A DNA stretch of 64,000 nucleotides, taken from NCBI GenBank assembly GCA_012295275.1, contig CM022671.1, forward strand, positions 4,278,001-4,342,000, written 5' to 3'. The notes under the pieces were generated by a model, which was not told the DNA's origin, ran no database searches, and saw nothing but the letters and a program-made list of their open reading frames with translations. Positions 1 to 22,300 of the stretch are shown here, piece after piece. The first letter of the stretch is position 1. Every line of letters begins with the position of its first letter. The position numbers and the translations under genes were made by a program. Source of the stretch: Chrysomallon squamiferum (Eukaryota; Animalia; Mollusca).

Positions 1-360
1 ATAATTATCATTAAAACTCTATTTTATTCTGTTAAAGAAAATGTATTTTTGTTTCTGTCTCAAAAGTACTCTTTTATTCTTTTATATATAAATATATATG
101 TCTGACAATCTAATATCTTTTTCACTCAATTTCTTTTTTTTTCTCTCTATCTCTTCCCTCTTTCCTGTTATTATTTTATTTATTAACGTTATATGCTTTA
201 TTTCATTTGATTTTATAATCAGTTATTATAAAATTATTGCGATTACAATAATTATATTTATAACACTATTACAATTAATCATTTAATTAATATATTAATA
301 CCAGAGACAAAAGCTGTGCCACTGAACTAAGGAAGGTTGTTATGTACAGAGTTATCTTAC

Positions 361-6910
<6,550 letters not shown>

Positions 6911-9900
6911 CTGTGAAAAAAATAATACTGATATTGAAAATAACAGATAGGATCTTAAATATTAATGAAATAAACAAAAATGAAAACGTGATGAAAACAA
7001 TTCTGAGTGTCAGACCATACAGTGAGGTATTAATGATAGAATACCTGGTTGTTATAAATTATACTGTTCCTGTCCACTGATGAAGACATTATTATCAATT
7101 ACAGCTGTAAAATGAATTAATGATGAGACCTTAAAATAGTTTAATATTAACAATTATTAGATAACATAATGATGCAAGAAACAAAACCCTCTGTTTTCAT
7201 TCTAAAGAGCAAAATACTGTTGTTGTTTGTTTTATCAGCAGTAAGGAATCTTTTTTATTTACCTTCTCGTAAACTTGAAGGTGCATATTTGCAACATTTA
7301 ATCAACTATCATGAAGCACTAACCAGAACTATAAATTAATTAAAGGAGGCTGATTCAATGATTAATCATGTTTGAAGCCAGTAGTTTGACCCAAGTTGTG
7401 CTTCTTGCCTTGTAAACCCACAACTAAAACAAAGTCAGAATGAGGTAACATATTTCTGTTATTTCACATATACAATGCCTGAGTATTTCACATGCACCAA
7501 GGTATATATATATATATATATACATATATATAAAGAGAGATTATAATATGTGTTTCTACATGCAGCTATTGATTCTAGAAGAACAACACCTGCAATTAAA
7601 GATGGCTGACTAGGTGAAGGCTTTGAAATCATATACACAGTAATGGTTTAATTAGTGTTGGTTACATGAAAACTATAATATAAACACTGTAATCACATAC
7701 ACTCATACATACAAACATACATTCACACACACATTCATACATACATACATACATACATACATACATAGATACATACATACATACATATATACATACACAT
7801 ATAAATATATATATATATATATATATACATACACACACACACAAACATACATAAAAAAAACCATATATATATACATACATGTGCATTCATGTTTAATATA
7901 TACATATATACACACACAGATAAACATACATTAACACACACACACACAGAGGCATACTACCTTCTTGGAATACATAAAACATGGGAAATGAAAATCAAAC
8001 ATCTAATTAATTTACAATTTCATACAATGACGCAACACCCACCCCATTTCTGTTGATAAACTGCTTCTTATTTGTTTTCTATGATCTATAAAAATCTTTT
8101 ACATTTTAATAAAATTTATTTATGAATTTAGCACCTTCTGTTTCTTGATTGTTAAGCTTTATATATATATATATTTTATTGATTTATTAATTTTAAAAAT
8201 ATAAATAAAATCAAAATTAAAAATTATAAAACAATCTCAGATTGTTTTCATTTCACAATGGAAATACAATATGAGGTTTCAAAATTTTAATGTATGGGAA
8301 TCTATCACTCTCATAAAAGCTTGATGTCAGTTAATCACCATCAGAAATTTTCCTGTGAGTTTAAGTGTCACTGGTAGTTTTGTAACAGTCACAGCAGATC
8401 TGTCAAAGATTTACCAAACTTTTTGATCTTTACTTTTATGACAGGTAGCAGCTCAGTTCAAAACAGGTATGTTTCTACTACTGTCTTCTTTTTTTAAAAT
8501 TTATTATTTAATTTTTAATTTTTATTATTTTTTCTTACTTTCTTATTGTTGTTTGTCATTATTATTATTATTTATTTTATTTTATTACTTTTTTGGGGGT
8601 GTGTAATTTCTTTGTTTGTTTCTATAATTTCTAAAATGAAACACAAACCTAAAAAGGAGAAAATAACAGTACCTATGCATTTTTGTAATATAACATATTT
8701 TAAATATGTGTTATTGTTGTTTGTTTTTTGTTTCTGTGTATGAAAAATCCTCCTACATGGATTAATGCAAATAAAATTAACTTAAAATACTTAAGATATG
8801 CTTGTGAAAAGGAAGAAATTAACTAGAAAGAAACATACAAAGAAAGACCAGTGAAGGGTCATGACTAGTTTAACAGTAGCAGATCATGGTAATGATTTAT
8901 GTTTATATTGATAAAAACTCATTTCACATTCCAGCAAGTGCTCCTCAGTTTGGTTTTCAAAGACCATGATCTGTGCTTTGCTGTCAGGGTGAATATTATC
9001 TGTATAAAAGATTCCTTCCTACTGATAAAAAAAAACAAATAATAATAAATAATAATAATAATAATAAAAAGAAAAAAAAAGAAGTACTGAGAACAGTTGG
9101 CTTCCTATTCTCATTATCGTTATTGTTCATAGTCATAAAGTGTGAAATCATAAAACCACAGATTTAAACTATAATGTTAATTAATAAATGAGTTTCTTAC
9201 TTCCAGTAAGAATACAGCTTGAGAAAGAACACAAACAATTCTATATGCAAAGTTCAACCCTACAAGTCCTTCTTGGTTTCATGAATCATTAGAACATGTT
9301 TTCCTGTCTTTATATGTAAGATATGAATTTATAGTGTTTGTGCCAAGCAGAGAGAAACAAGAACAGTTTGACAGGCAGGGCAAAAATGTTTTTAGGTTTG
9401 TCACTGCTGCATAACACTATCTGTCATGTCTTTGTACTTCAATAACAATCAAAGGTTTTGTACTGAAATTTTTTTTTTATTATTATTTTTTTTTGATGTG
9501 TTTTGTTTTCATTCGTGGGGTTTCACAACTACTTACTTTGTGAAAGAGGATCAGCATTTTTGAATATTGGTTAAAGAAAGATTATTCCACACCCACAGAC
9601 ATAGACATACATACAGTGACTCAAAGACACACACATAGGCAGAATCATGTATATACAGGTACACACAAACAAACACCCATATATAAACAGACAAAGAAAT
9701 ACACAGGCAAACACATCAGTCATAATGATAAACAAAACAGGATAATTAAAAATGTTGATAATATATATATACATTATTTCTTTAGCCAAACATTTTAAAC
9801 ATTTTCTTAAATTAACAAATTCATTTCTTTTATTAATTAATTAATACTTTTAACAAATTTTATGAATTTGTACAGCAATATTTATCACATTGTACGAAAT

Positions 9901-10965
9901 TAAGAACTGAAACATTACAGTTTTGAAAAGTGACATTACTGAGATAAGAAATCTAAATAAATGTGTAAATGTACTAGAAGACAGATTATGTGCTTGAGAT
10001 AAGCCTTATGTTAGAGATTAACCCACTCAAGGTAAAAGTGTTTAATATGATAATAAAATATAAGAAAAATGCCTGGACCAGTCCTAGACCTTAACATATC
10101 TGTAACATTCAAGATTACAGAGGTTTACATTCCAAGGTTGGACTTTCACTATATGTGTGTGTGTGTGTGTGTTTGCATGGATATCTGCAATTATGTATAT
10201 GTGAAATAATTTTGGTTGCCCCAAACATGGCCTTACTTTTGTAATAATAAAATATTTCATTTAGTTCATTTGATAATGAAACATATATCTACACCTATTC
10301 CATGTATATTATTATTATTATTATTATAGAGAAATGTAGTTTAATGGTTTTAAGCACTGACTGGAAGACCAAACATTGAACTAAATTACTTGCACAAACT
10401 TGCATTATTCAAATAATATTAGTCGTAAAAGCATTCTTTTAAGATTATTTATTGTTACATAGAAAAAAATCAGCCAAGTGTTTCACTATTGCTAAATTAA
10501 AAAAAAAAAAAATACAAGAATAATGCCTATTGCTTAATATATATATATATATATATATATATAAAGAGAGCAAAAAAATAAAAAAGGAAAAAACAAGAAG
10601 AATGAGAAGAAAAAGAATAGAGTTTAATACTAATACTAATACTAATAATAACAATAAATCAATAATAATAATAATAATAAAAAGAACTATTATAAAGAAT
10701 CTAGAAAAAAAACTATTGCTTTTTCATGTTGTTTGTAAAATATAAAAAGTTATTGAGTTAGAATTGGAATGTGGGGTACTTGGGATATTTAAACAACAAC
10801 AACAGCCACCATCATCAACAACAATAATAAATAAAAAAAAAAAAAAAAAGTTAAAACAATGTAGAAGTGTAACAAATAAAAGTTAATACCTAATTTCTTT
10901 TCTTTTCTTTTCCATGTTACAACAACAACAACAATAATAATACTTGCAGCAGTAGTAGCAGTAGT

Positions 10966-11000
<35 letters not shown>

Positions 11001-11087
11001 TAATAATGTTATACATTTTCAAGACAACTTAATAAATGATAAAATTATAACAATGATGAATAATTAAAAATAAATTATTGTGATCTG

Positions 11088-11176
11088 AAATTTTTACAAA
11101 AAGAATTTAAAATTTATTTTATCATAACCAGTGTGGTTATGATAAAATAAATTTTAAATTCTTTTTGTAAAAATTT
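11088..11176. repeat. Perfect inverted repeat, 43-bp arms, 3-nt loop
   Basis: AAATTTTTACAAAAAGAATTTAAAATTTATTTTATCATAACCA (11088-11130), GTG, then the exact reverse complement (11134-11176). Confidence 0.95.
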
Positions 11177-14100
11177 ATGAATTTACAGCCTAATAAATTT
11201 GCTGTTGTAAACTCAAATATTTGTGTCTTTTCTTTATTTGCACATACTGACAAACATCAATTAAAATATAAAAGCAGTCAATATTAATTTATTACATCTA
11301 TTCCCGTAAACATTGTTATTTTTGTTATTGTAATTAAATGGTTTCCTTAGAATGATTTATTTAGGAGAAAAATCCACTTTTTTGTGTGTGTTTTATTGTG
11401 ATCTACCTTGGAATGGAAATTCAACTCTCTGTTTATTCAAACAACATACTGTCAAATTAACATGTATTTATTACTGCAATTAACATCTCTTAATGATTAT
11501 ACCATGAATATCATACTACCACTATGTTTTCTTCTGGTGGGTTTTTTGTGTTATTTTATTATAATAAATCTGAAAAAGAAAACCACACCTTGACTTTTTA
11601 ATTTAAGAATTACCTTATCATCCCATAACCTACCTGACCAAGAAAACTATACCTGTAAGTAATTGATCAGCACTTAATTAATCTTTGTCACTTTCACCTA
11701 ACGCTAGTATATACCTTTACATTTTACTGTTACAGTATGGTTGCTTAGCAGTCAAGATAAATGCATAGGATTTTTTATTTATTTAAATGTTAAAATGAAT
11801 AAACTGGAGAGCTCCTTTTTCAAATTAAAGAGACAATTTTACTAAGTAACTTTTTGTACTGATTTTTTGCATACAAAATAAACAAACAAACAAACAAACA
11901 AATAAATAAAAAATAAATGCCAGTAAATAATAAAAAAACAAACAAAAAAAACCATTGATAACTTAATAAATAATGTACAAATAAAATAATTAAAATTATA
12001 ATCCTCAGACATAAAAATCAGAAAATTACATACTCTAATGGTATAAAATATGTGTCTGTGTGGGTGTGTTTCGTACAACAAATTTAAAACTTATACAATA
12101 AAATATATGCTGCTTGTTTTGTTTGTTTTTCTTAACAATGAGACAGAATGGATTTTTTTTTTTTTTTTATGAAAGAAAAAAAAAAAGAATAAAAAGTATG
12201 AAAAATAACAGTACAAAAGAAAGAAACAGCAAAAACAGAACAACTATAAAAATATGGCAAAAGAATAAGAAATGAATTTCTAATGTTGTTACTGGGTTTT
12301 TCTTACATTTCTAATATATATGTATGTGTGCGTGTGTGTGCATGTGCATGCGTGTGTGTGTGTGTAAAAGGGTAATGTTCCAAAATAAAATATTTACATT
12401 ATCATTCTCTTAACATTACTGAAAAAATCAGAATAAAAATTCCTATTGTGTGGATTTTTGTTTAAAGCTTGCAAACTGCATGTTAAATGAATTATTGCAT
12501 AATGATAACAGTATTGATTCTCAGTGAAATCATTGTAATTAGCTCACCTAGCTCGTTTATTTGTAGAAGTGATTGCCTGACACACCTGCATGGGACAGGT
12601 ATTAAAACTCATTTAACAGTCTTTGACAATGCAAATCTTTCAGTTTAATCACTTCAATCAGTGGAGTTTCTGTTTTCATTATAAAACATTACTTGTTACT
12701 TTAGTTTTCAGTATCTGTATGTATTAAAAAAGATTGGTAAAATATTTGCTAAGATATATTAGTCTTATATTTATAGTTAAAAAAATATTATTACTAAAAT
12801 AGAGAAAAAAAAATACAAAATAAATAAATAAATAAATAAAATAAAATAAAATAAAATAAAATAAAATAAAATAAACAAAAAAAACAAAAGATGTGAAACA
12901 TTATCAAAGACATAGCAGCAGCTTCATTTTTATAAAATATATGCAACATTAATTATATTTTATCACTGTAATATAAAACTATTTTTTTTTAAATTAATGA
13001 AGGCAAGTGCCAAAAGAAATTTAAAATAAAGTTAAAAAATTTCTATAAATTTCAAAATGTTATTTAATTTTTATTATCTGTATATTTTTAATTCTATAAA
13101 ATGAATAATATTATAACAAAGTTAATTGAAACAGTCATTAATATAAATAAACCATTACATCATAAGTTACCAAAGTTCTTTTTCCAATGCTAGTATTTTG
13201 AAAACTAAACAGACATTTTATTTTTAAATTTTATTTGCAGTTCAACTGTTATATAACATAATCCCAATTTAATGTGATATAACTACATTACATTATTATA
13301 ATATACTATATAAGTATATTTCATTATTATAACTTATTATTACATAACTCTTATATATTACAAGATATCTACATTACATGATTATAACTTATTATTACAT
13401 AATTAATTTAATACAATATAAGACTATTTCATTATTATAACTTATTATTATGTAACTGTAATTTAATGCTATATAAGTCTATTTCATGATTATATCTTAT
13501 TAAATAATTATAATTTACTTCTTTATAACTATTTCATGATTATAACTTATTATTGCATAATATAACATTAAGAAACAATTACAACATATTATTAGATAAT
13601 TACACAATTATTTCGTATTTGTAACTTACAATTTATTGTTGTTGTTATTATTATTATTATCATCATTATTATTATTATTATTTACACAAGAGACTGAAAC
13701 TGTTTTAGCTTTTTAAAAATAAATAACTGTAACATATCATTAATAAACACCTATCAGTAACCAATCACATATTAAAATATAAACTACCTTCACAGTGGTA
13801 ATAAATACCCTGAGTAAAAATTCCACCAAGGTGTAAATTACCTTGTGAACCGCACTTACCTGTAGGTGTGCATGTCAGTCACACCTGGTTTGTAGAGGCA
13901 CTAAATCTCTGACATTTTTCATTGACAATAAACCTCTTTCACTAACCTTGTACAAAACACTCCCCTGAACAAACGACAAAACTTTTGTTTTCATTACAAA
14001 CAACCATTTACTGTTTGCAACTCATTCCAGATTATAATACACTGACCCTTGGCCTTACTGTTTACCACCCTGATTTTACACTGTGTGTATGTGTATGTGT

Positions 14101-14632
14101 GTTGCTATGCCTCCAATGTTGAAAACAATGTTACTGGACTGACAGAACTATGGACGAATTAATTACAGTTGACTTTTGGCCAGTTTTACCGTTTTATGCT
14201 TCTCCTAAATTATTGAACACAAAAGGTAAAGGTGATTAAGACATCATCATGTTACAGGTGTGTTATGCACTTTTTATCAATAAAATATGACAACAAAAAA
14301 ATTAATTCCACATCGTTGACAGGTACTAGGTATGGTATATGTTTACATCTCAAGTGTAATGACAGAATCCATAAAGACTTTTTTATTTTTTTATTTATTT
14401 GTTTAAACAAAGTGTATAGATTTCGTAAATGTAATAATAATAAAAAAGTGTTTATTATAACTTGCAACAGTATTATAAAATATCAATACATTTGTATCAC
14501 GCGGAAAACATTAATAAAATAATCAGTACAGGGTGTATATTGATTTGAAACAGAAAAATCATTGTAAAATCTGACCTGCTAAAACCGACATGATTTCAGA
14601 GAAACACACACATGAACATGTGGACAGACACA

Positions 14633-14667
<35 letters not shown>

Positions 14668-14679
14668 CAAAGAAACAAA

Positions 14680-15465
14680 TAACACTCTCACACTAAAATA
14701 CAGAAGCTTATTCTCGAAAACTAATTTAAAGATATGTAAATAATTCAAGTTTTCCTTTGAACTTCTACCTACTCACTTAAACTGTTATCTCAAACAGTAT
14801 CTTATCTTTACAGCCAGTTTACGTCTTTCAACACACAGAAAAAAAAAAATTCTGCTGCCAACCATTAAATGCTGTCACAAAACAAGGCTAAAAACTAGAA
14901 TAAGAGGTCTGGAATTAAATCAAACAATCTGTTTTCATCTGTCTCTTTAGCTTTGTGTATGTCATTTGTGTATTGTTAATCCAGTAAATGCATGGGTAAG
15001 TAAATAATAACGGAGTTGAGTAAACAAATTAAGGTTTAATAACTGCTGTATTATGTGATGTAATGTGAAGTACAAATCTTTTTATTAGATTTTGCCAGAA
15101 GGAACACAATTATTTTAGATGAAAGGATTACTTTGTTTATTTTTTTTATGTTTCATATTTTTATTTTTTTTTATTTTTTAAATATAATATAAAAATAATT
15201 CTTTTTATTGAATTGTATTACTGAATTGTGAACTGGTTTTTATATATATAAATAAATATATAAATGTATATAAAAAAAATAAATATAAATAAATAAATTG
15301 AATAACAAAAAGAACAATAGACAAGAAGAATGAAAAAAAACCATAAACAAACAAACAGTAAAAAGTAAACGAAAACCACAAGAAAGAAAATAAAATAAAA
15401 AACGGATAAAAAATAACTATATATTGATTGACAAGCAGAAAGATTAAGAAGAAGAAAAAAAGAAG
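14680..15465. repeat. ~780-bp direct duplication, copy 1
   Basis: Highly similar to 17300-18058 from aacactctcacactaaaatacagaag through gattgacaagcagaaagattaagaagaag. Scattered substitutions, and short deletions in copy 2. Confidence 0.9.
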
Positions 15466-16634
15466 AAATTAAATAAATTGGAAAAAAAAGCAAAAAGAAA
15501 ATATATTTCTTGAAGTAAAGAGGATTAAATAAAATATTATTTTTTCTTACATCTTTTCCATGTTCCAGTCAGTGAATGGGCTGAGTATGCTCAAAGCTAT
15601 AAATAAAGGAATTTTGCTGCTGGTTCATTGTGAAAGAAGCCTACAGCAGATAACATTTCTTCTTATTATTACCACACAGTTTAATGTCTGATAACATTCA
15701 AATACATCTTTTTTCAATTGTTCATCCATTATTCCATCAGTTTTCTGATTTACTGATCCAGTAATCATTTCATATATTTTATTCACTCACTCATCTATCA
15801 ATCCATTTACTTATTTCATTTTTTTTTATCCATTATTTTCTTCTGTCCTTTATTCCTATCTTCCTTTGTTCATTCATCCTTCCCTTTTTCCTTTTTCCAT
15901 TATTCATTTATTCATCCATCCATTAATCCCTTTTTCCATCAGTCATTCATTCATCCATTAATCCATCCATCCATCCCTTTTTGCCATACTTCATTCACTC
16001 ATACATTATTAAACTAAAACTATATTGTACATTTTTTGCAAGATCGAACTATATTGTTAAGCTGCAGTTTTTGTAAGCTATATATGTAACACAAATTGTT
16101 TTTATAAGATTACATTACAGCTGCAGTTTTTGTAATAGAAACCACCAGTTTGAATAATTTAAGAGCTGTAGTCTTAACATTGATTGCTACTGTTATCTAT
16201 CAAGTTTGCTGTTATTAACCATTTATTTTCACGTCAGTAAACACCAGAGTTCTAGAGTTAAAAAAAAAAAAAAAAAAAAAATATAGTTCTGATAGGCAAA
16301 ACAGTTTGCTACTGGTTTTCATAGACAAAATGAGGTTTGTCACTTTTGACAGAAAATTCAGACCCTATTATATTCTGAAACAAAACCAGGCCTACAAAAG
16401 AAGACTTGAAAAAAGAAAGTCTGTAATTTCTATGACAAAAATATGATCTAAAATAAAAAAAAAAAAAAAAAATAAAAAAAAAATAAAAAAAATAAAATAA
16501 AATAAAATAAAATAAAATAAAATAAAATAAAATAAAATAAAACAAAAATAAAATAAAATTAAATTAAATTAAATTAAATTAAATTAAATTAACAAAACAA
16601 AATAATATAAAATAAATTGGAACAATAAAACACT

Positions 16635-16665
<31 letters not shown>

Positions 16666-17299
16666 AAATTAAATTAAATTTAGTGCATATCCAATAAGAA
16701 AAACTGATTATATATATTTTGTAACCTTTTTGGGGCTTACAGATAGACCTTTGTTAGATCACATATATTTTAATTTTTATTTAATTATTACTTATTTATT
16801 TAATTTATTATTATTATTATTATTATTTAAGTTTCTTGCCAATAAGGCATGATTATAATAATAAAAAAATAAAAAACAAAAAACAATAATCAACTATGGT
16901 GTACTTTAAATTATGAACGATTAACATTTTAAAATTATTTTTCTTTTTAAACGACTGCTTAAACTAAGTTTAAAAAAGTAAATAAATAAATAAATAAATA
17001 AAAATTCTAGATAAAATAATGATTTTTAAATACTGACAAGATTATTATTTTTAAAAGCCTGCTTAAAAATTAAATGGAATTTTAAAAAATATTGTCCTGT
17101 CAAGAAAAGGAAAAAAGAAAAGAAAAAAAAAACAAGATCTGAATAAATATATAATGAAATACCTGCACAGATAAAATACAAACATGCATGCACACTCCCA
17201 CACAGATACACATATGCATCAAACCTATCCAAATAAGAACACCAAAAAAATAAAAATAAAAAATAAATAAATAAATAAATAAATAAATAACAAACAAAG

Positions 17300-18058
17300 A
17301 ACACTCTCACACTAAAATACAGAAGTTTATTCTTGAAAACTAATTTAAAGATATGTAAATAATTCAAGTTTTCCTTTGAACTTCTACCCACTCACTTAAA
17401 CTGTTATCTCAAACAGTATCTTATCTTTACAACCAGTTTGCGTCTATCAACACATAAAAAAAAAAAAAAAAAATTCTGCTGCCAGCCATTAAATACTGTC
17501 ACAAAACACGGATAAAAACAAGAATTAGATGTCTGGAATTAAATCAAACAATCTGTTTTCATCTGTCTCTTTAGCTTTGTGTATGTCATTTGTGTATTGT
17601 TAATCCAGTAAATGCATGGGTAAGTAAATAATAACGGGGTTGAGTAAACAAATTAAGGTTTAATAAAAATGTAATGTGAAGTACAAATCTTTTTTATTAG
17701 ATTTTGCCAGAAGGAACACAATTATTTTAGATGAAAGGATTAAATGTTTCATATTTTTATTTATTTTTATTTTTTTAAATATAATATAAAAATAATTCTT
17801 TTTATTGAATTGCATTACTGAATTGTGAACTGGTTTTTATATATATAAATAAATATATAAATGTATATAAAAAAAATAAATATAAATAAATAAATTGAAT
17901 AACAAAAGAACAATAGACAAGAAGAATGAAAAAACCATAAACAAACAAACAGTAAAAAGTAAACGAAAACCACAAGAAAGAAAATAAAATAAAAAACGGA
18001 TAAAAAATAACTATATACTGATTGACAAGCAGAAAGATTAAGAAGAAGAAAAAAAGAA
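17300..18058. repeat. ~760-bp direct duplication, copy 2
   Basis: Matches copy 1 at 14680-15465, offset ~2.6 kb. Confidence 0.9.
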
Positions 18059-18087
18059 TAAAAATAAAAAATAAATAAATAAATAAA

Positions 18088-18129
<42 letters not shown>

Positions 18130-21100
18130 TATAAATAAATAAAAAAATTATAAAAAAAATAAAAATAAAATAATAATAATAATAAAAAACGCCCCCAAAA
18201 AACCCAACAAAAACAACCACAATACAATAAATCCAAATGTAACATCACAGAAATCTGTATAACAAACTAACTGTCTTTGAAAATCAGTAGTAGATTAATT
18301 TTAAACTGGACAGCAAACACAATGAATATTATAATAAATGTTTTTTTGCATGACTTATTCAGTTCCATTTGTCTCAGGATTAACATGACACTGAAGTGTC
18401 AGAAATAATATCCCACGTTATGAACTAGTCAATTAAACTGAAGTTTTCAAACCTAGCAACAATGAAGTATGTAAAGTAATAACTGCCCTAGTGCACTACT
18501 GTGTGGTAAACATAAAGTGTTATTTAACACCAAGCATTTTGTAAAAGTTAAAACATGGGACAGATTTGTGTGATTTATTTAATACAATATCCTATAAAAT
18601 AACTACACATTCCCAATACACTAAATAAATCTTTGAAAAATTATTTTTTCCCAAATTTGGCAAGGATTTGAATTTTGATTTTGGTTTATTTGTTTTTAAC
18701 CACCTCTTTTAATAAATTTGCATCACAGTAAAAAGCATCATCTCATGTGCCGCCACATAAACTTGTTATTTTATTATTTTATTACTTTGGTTGCCAACAG
18801 AAACAAGCAATAACCTATTTATCTGTACATATTAAATATACCCTTTAAACTGAAAGTAAGTGAGAAGACTGAGTAACTGATTGAAGGAACAAGTTAATGA
18901 ATGAAAGAATGAATAAAAGAAAGAATGAATGAATGAACAACTATCCAGAAAGGACAGGATTTCAGAAGTCTAAGACTCACAGAATGGTGTAAAAATTCCT
19001 CAGAACAGCACATCCACTCCTACAAGTTTTGACACGAACACATTCTTCATACATGACATTTTCACCCACAATGTTGTTTAATCAAATAAATAATAATCTT
19101 ACCAATATTTCCCTCCATAATGTGATAACATTAACTTTTTTTCACTGTCACCTATTCAGTATGTATATATATATTCCACAAAAGCCTGTGCTGTTCTTAT
19201 TCATAACTGGTTGTCATCGAGGTGCGATATGAATACAGCATGAATGGTATATGAACATGTCTGAACAATACAGTGACAAGGTTTATGGTGTCCTCTCCTA
19301 CCTTGATTAATAACAGCTTAACTAGAGCAGCTCCAGTTCGTTACCTTGACATCAGGTAGCCAAAATACACACTCAGCTTGAAATAAATGTTCAATAGATA
19401 ATCACAGATATGGAACGAGCAGTTAGGATTTAAATACCTATTTACTTTATTGTCTGTGTCTGGCCAATCAGAATGAAACAAACAGTGTCATATACAAAAC
19501 TTATGTCACAGGGCCTTGGTATTTAAAAAACACTGAACACAAAATGATCACATCTGTGGATCAACACATTTTTTTTCTATTAACAGTTATTAGTTGTAGA
19601 CATAAATACAGCAATAAATGAATGGATGAATCATTGCATAAAAAGACCTCAGTACAATTTTGTAAAACGCTAATACATGTCAGACATTTGCTTATGTAAG
19701 AATGAGAAGAGAAATGAAACCTGTCTGATTATCTGTATTCTCTGATTTATTTTTATCAATGAATGAAAGAATATGTGGATAAATCAATGAACAGAACAAA
19801 TGAGTAAATGAATAGATAAATAAATTAAGGAAAAAATGAAAGAATAGAATAGAACAGATTAATCTAACAACATTTTAATAGATTACATATCAATAGATTA
19901 GTTATTAAGCCTCAGTATACCAGTTTCTGCATGATAATTAATTTTTTATTTTTTTTTATTTCACTCCATTCACTTTTATATTGATTAGCAGCAAAAGATG
20001 TATATATGTACCTTCCCAAAAACAGGAGGGTTTGATACTATATAATGGGATACAAGCTGGAACAGGAAATTACAAGAGATTGCTGAAGAGTATTCTATAA
20101 TTCCTATTGTAAGTTCTGTGCTGCTGAGGTAAAGTTTACTCATAGAGATTTTAATTTAGAAATTTATTTGATTATGTAAAAAAATATAAATAATATTTAT
20201 AGTGTTAATTGTATGAATTGTAACAACACTGACAATATTAATAAAAATGAATGGATGAATGTAGTAACAAACAAATTAACTGATGGACAGATAAATGGGT
20301 GGATGAAGCAATGAATGAATAAATGAATCATTGTTGAGGTATATGAATGTGGATGGAGTGATGAAAGTAGAAACAAATGAATAGATGGATGGGTGGATGA
20401 ATGAATGAATACAAGATTTAAATTTAATTTTCCCTCATTAGAATTTTATTATAAATATTTATTTTTTCCAATAACAATGGATAGATAGGTGCCTTGTAAT
20501 AATAATAATCTATACAGATATATCTAGACTGTTTATAGATAATAATAATAATTATTATCGATGTATGATGGAACTGCTGATTCTAAAGTGTAGATATAAA
20601 TACCTCAGTGCTGTGGTATACTTTTAAGTTATTGTTATAACTGTTTCTCAAACCAGTAAAGAAATTGAAAATTAAATAAAATCTTTGTAATTCCTACAGA
20701 GAAAAATTAAACAAATGAATGAATGAATGAATGAATAAATAAATAAATACAGTACAGGGGAAAACTCCCACAAACCCCCCCCCCCAAATAAAATTAATAA
20801 TATTGGTGAATCCTCAGTCTATATAGAGTTTTTTTTACATTATTATTTAATAACTATTACTTCTAAACTTTATTATTAGCAAAGATTGGCAGCAAGAACT
20901 AAAAGGAAGTTCCTTAAAACATTCATGTGAACATAATGGATTCAGAGAGGGTTTTTTTTAATGTCAAGTTTAATACAGTTTAATTGGGTTGTTTTTGATT
21001 GTTTGTTCACTATTGTTTTGGTGTGTGTCTGTGTATGTGTGTGTGTGTTTTTTGTGTTGTCCTAAATAATATAATGCAAGATTATGTATGTTTACTATAT

Positions 21101-21560
21101 GCTTACAAACATAAAAGTGTTAAGATTTATAAACTTTAAATAATAAAGAATGTTGGTATTTAAAATACTTTCTGTATCATAACGTTTTTGTTTTTCCATA
21201 TTTCTTTTGAAATTATTATTTCTGCGTTTTCCTTATATGGTTAAGCTAGGATCAACTTTTAAGAACACTTTTTCTCTATTTTTTTTTTTTTTGGCTTTAT
21301 TATTTTTTTTTCCTTTTCATTCTTACATTTAATGGAAAGCAAGAATACCATATATAAAATAATGTAAAAAAGATGAAATTGGCATAATATATCCCTAAAA
21401 CAGCAAATTCAAAGTATTATTATTGAACTGTGGGACCTCAAAACCCATTCAATGAAGTCAAAACCATATTTTTAATGAATATAATAGAACAACAACAACA
21501 ACATGTTCATCTACAACAGTAACTGAAAAAATGGATTATCAGAAAATCAAATAATAATAA

Positions 21561-21613
<53 letters not shown>

Positions 21614-22001
21614 TCAGTGATGATAATAACATGAGTTGGGTGCACTAGTAATCCATCAATCCATTCAGCAATTTATATTACAAAAAACTTTGCCATACAT
21701 TTGAGTATAATATATTACTCCATAGGATTTATATTATAAAACCCTATAGAATATCTTATATAACCAATACTATGTGTGTATTAACAGGCAGTGAAATATC
21801 AATAACCTTAACTGTTTAATGCACACCAATTTATTAAAAACTGTGCACTTTTCAATGCATGAGAGACACAGCCATATAAAACTGCCTGAGCTAAGAAGGC
21901 AGTTATTTACATTATATATTCACATTTTATGTTTGATTTTGGATTTGCTAATGCTAAAGCAAACATAAAAATGTCATACTTTGTTGGAGGGGTTTTTGGT
22001 G

Positions 22002-22087
<86 letters not shown>

Positions 22088-22259
22088 GAGGTAATGTACT
22101 CTAACAACTGGAGGATTTATTTATTTGTTTGTTTGTTTGTTCTTCTGATTGAAAATGATTGTTTTTTGTTTTTGTTTTTTTTAAATCAATATTTTCTGCA
22201 TAATTATTATAAGAAACTCTCTGACCTCAACAATCAATAGAAGAAAAATATGTTAAATA

Positions 22260-22300
<41 letters not shown>

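Noticed and set aside
7961-7982. Possible start exon ATG TTT TAT GTA TTC CAA GAA G|gtagta (phase-compatible with the 6910 acceptor); another donor at 13860
   Set aside because: Too short and weak to support without transcript data. The ATG-containing candidate at 13860 ends in the wrong phase.
14680-18058. LTR retrotransposon
   Set aside because: No TG..CA ends, primer-binding site, TSD or gag/pol remnants between the direct repeats.
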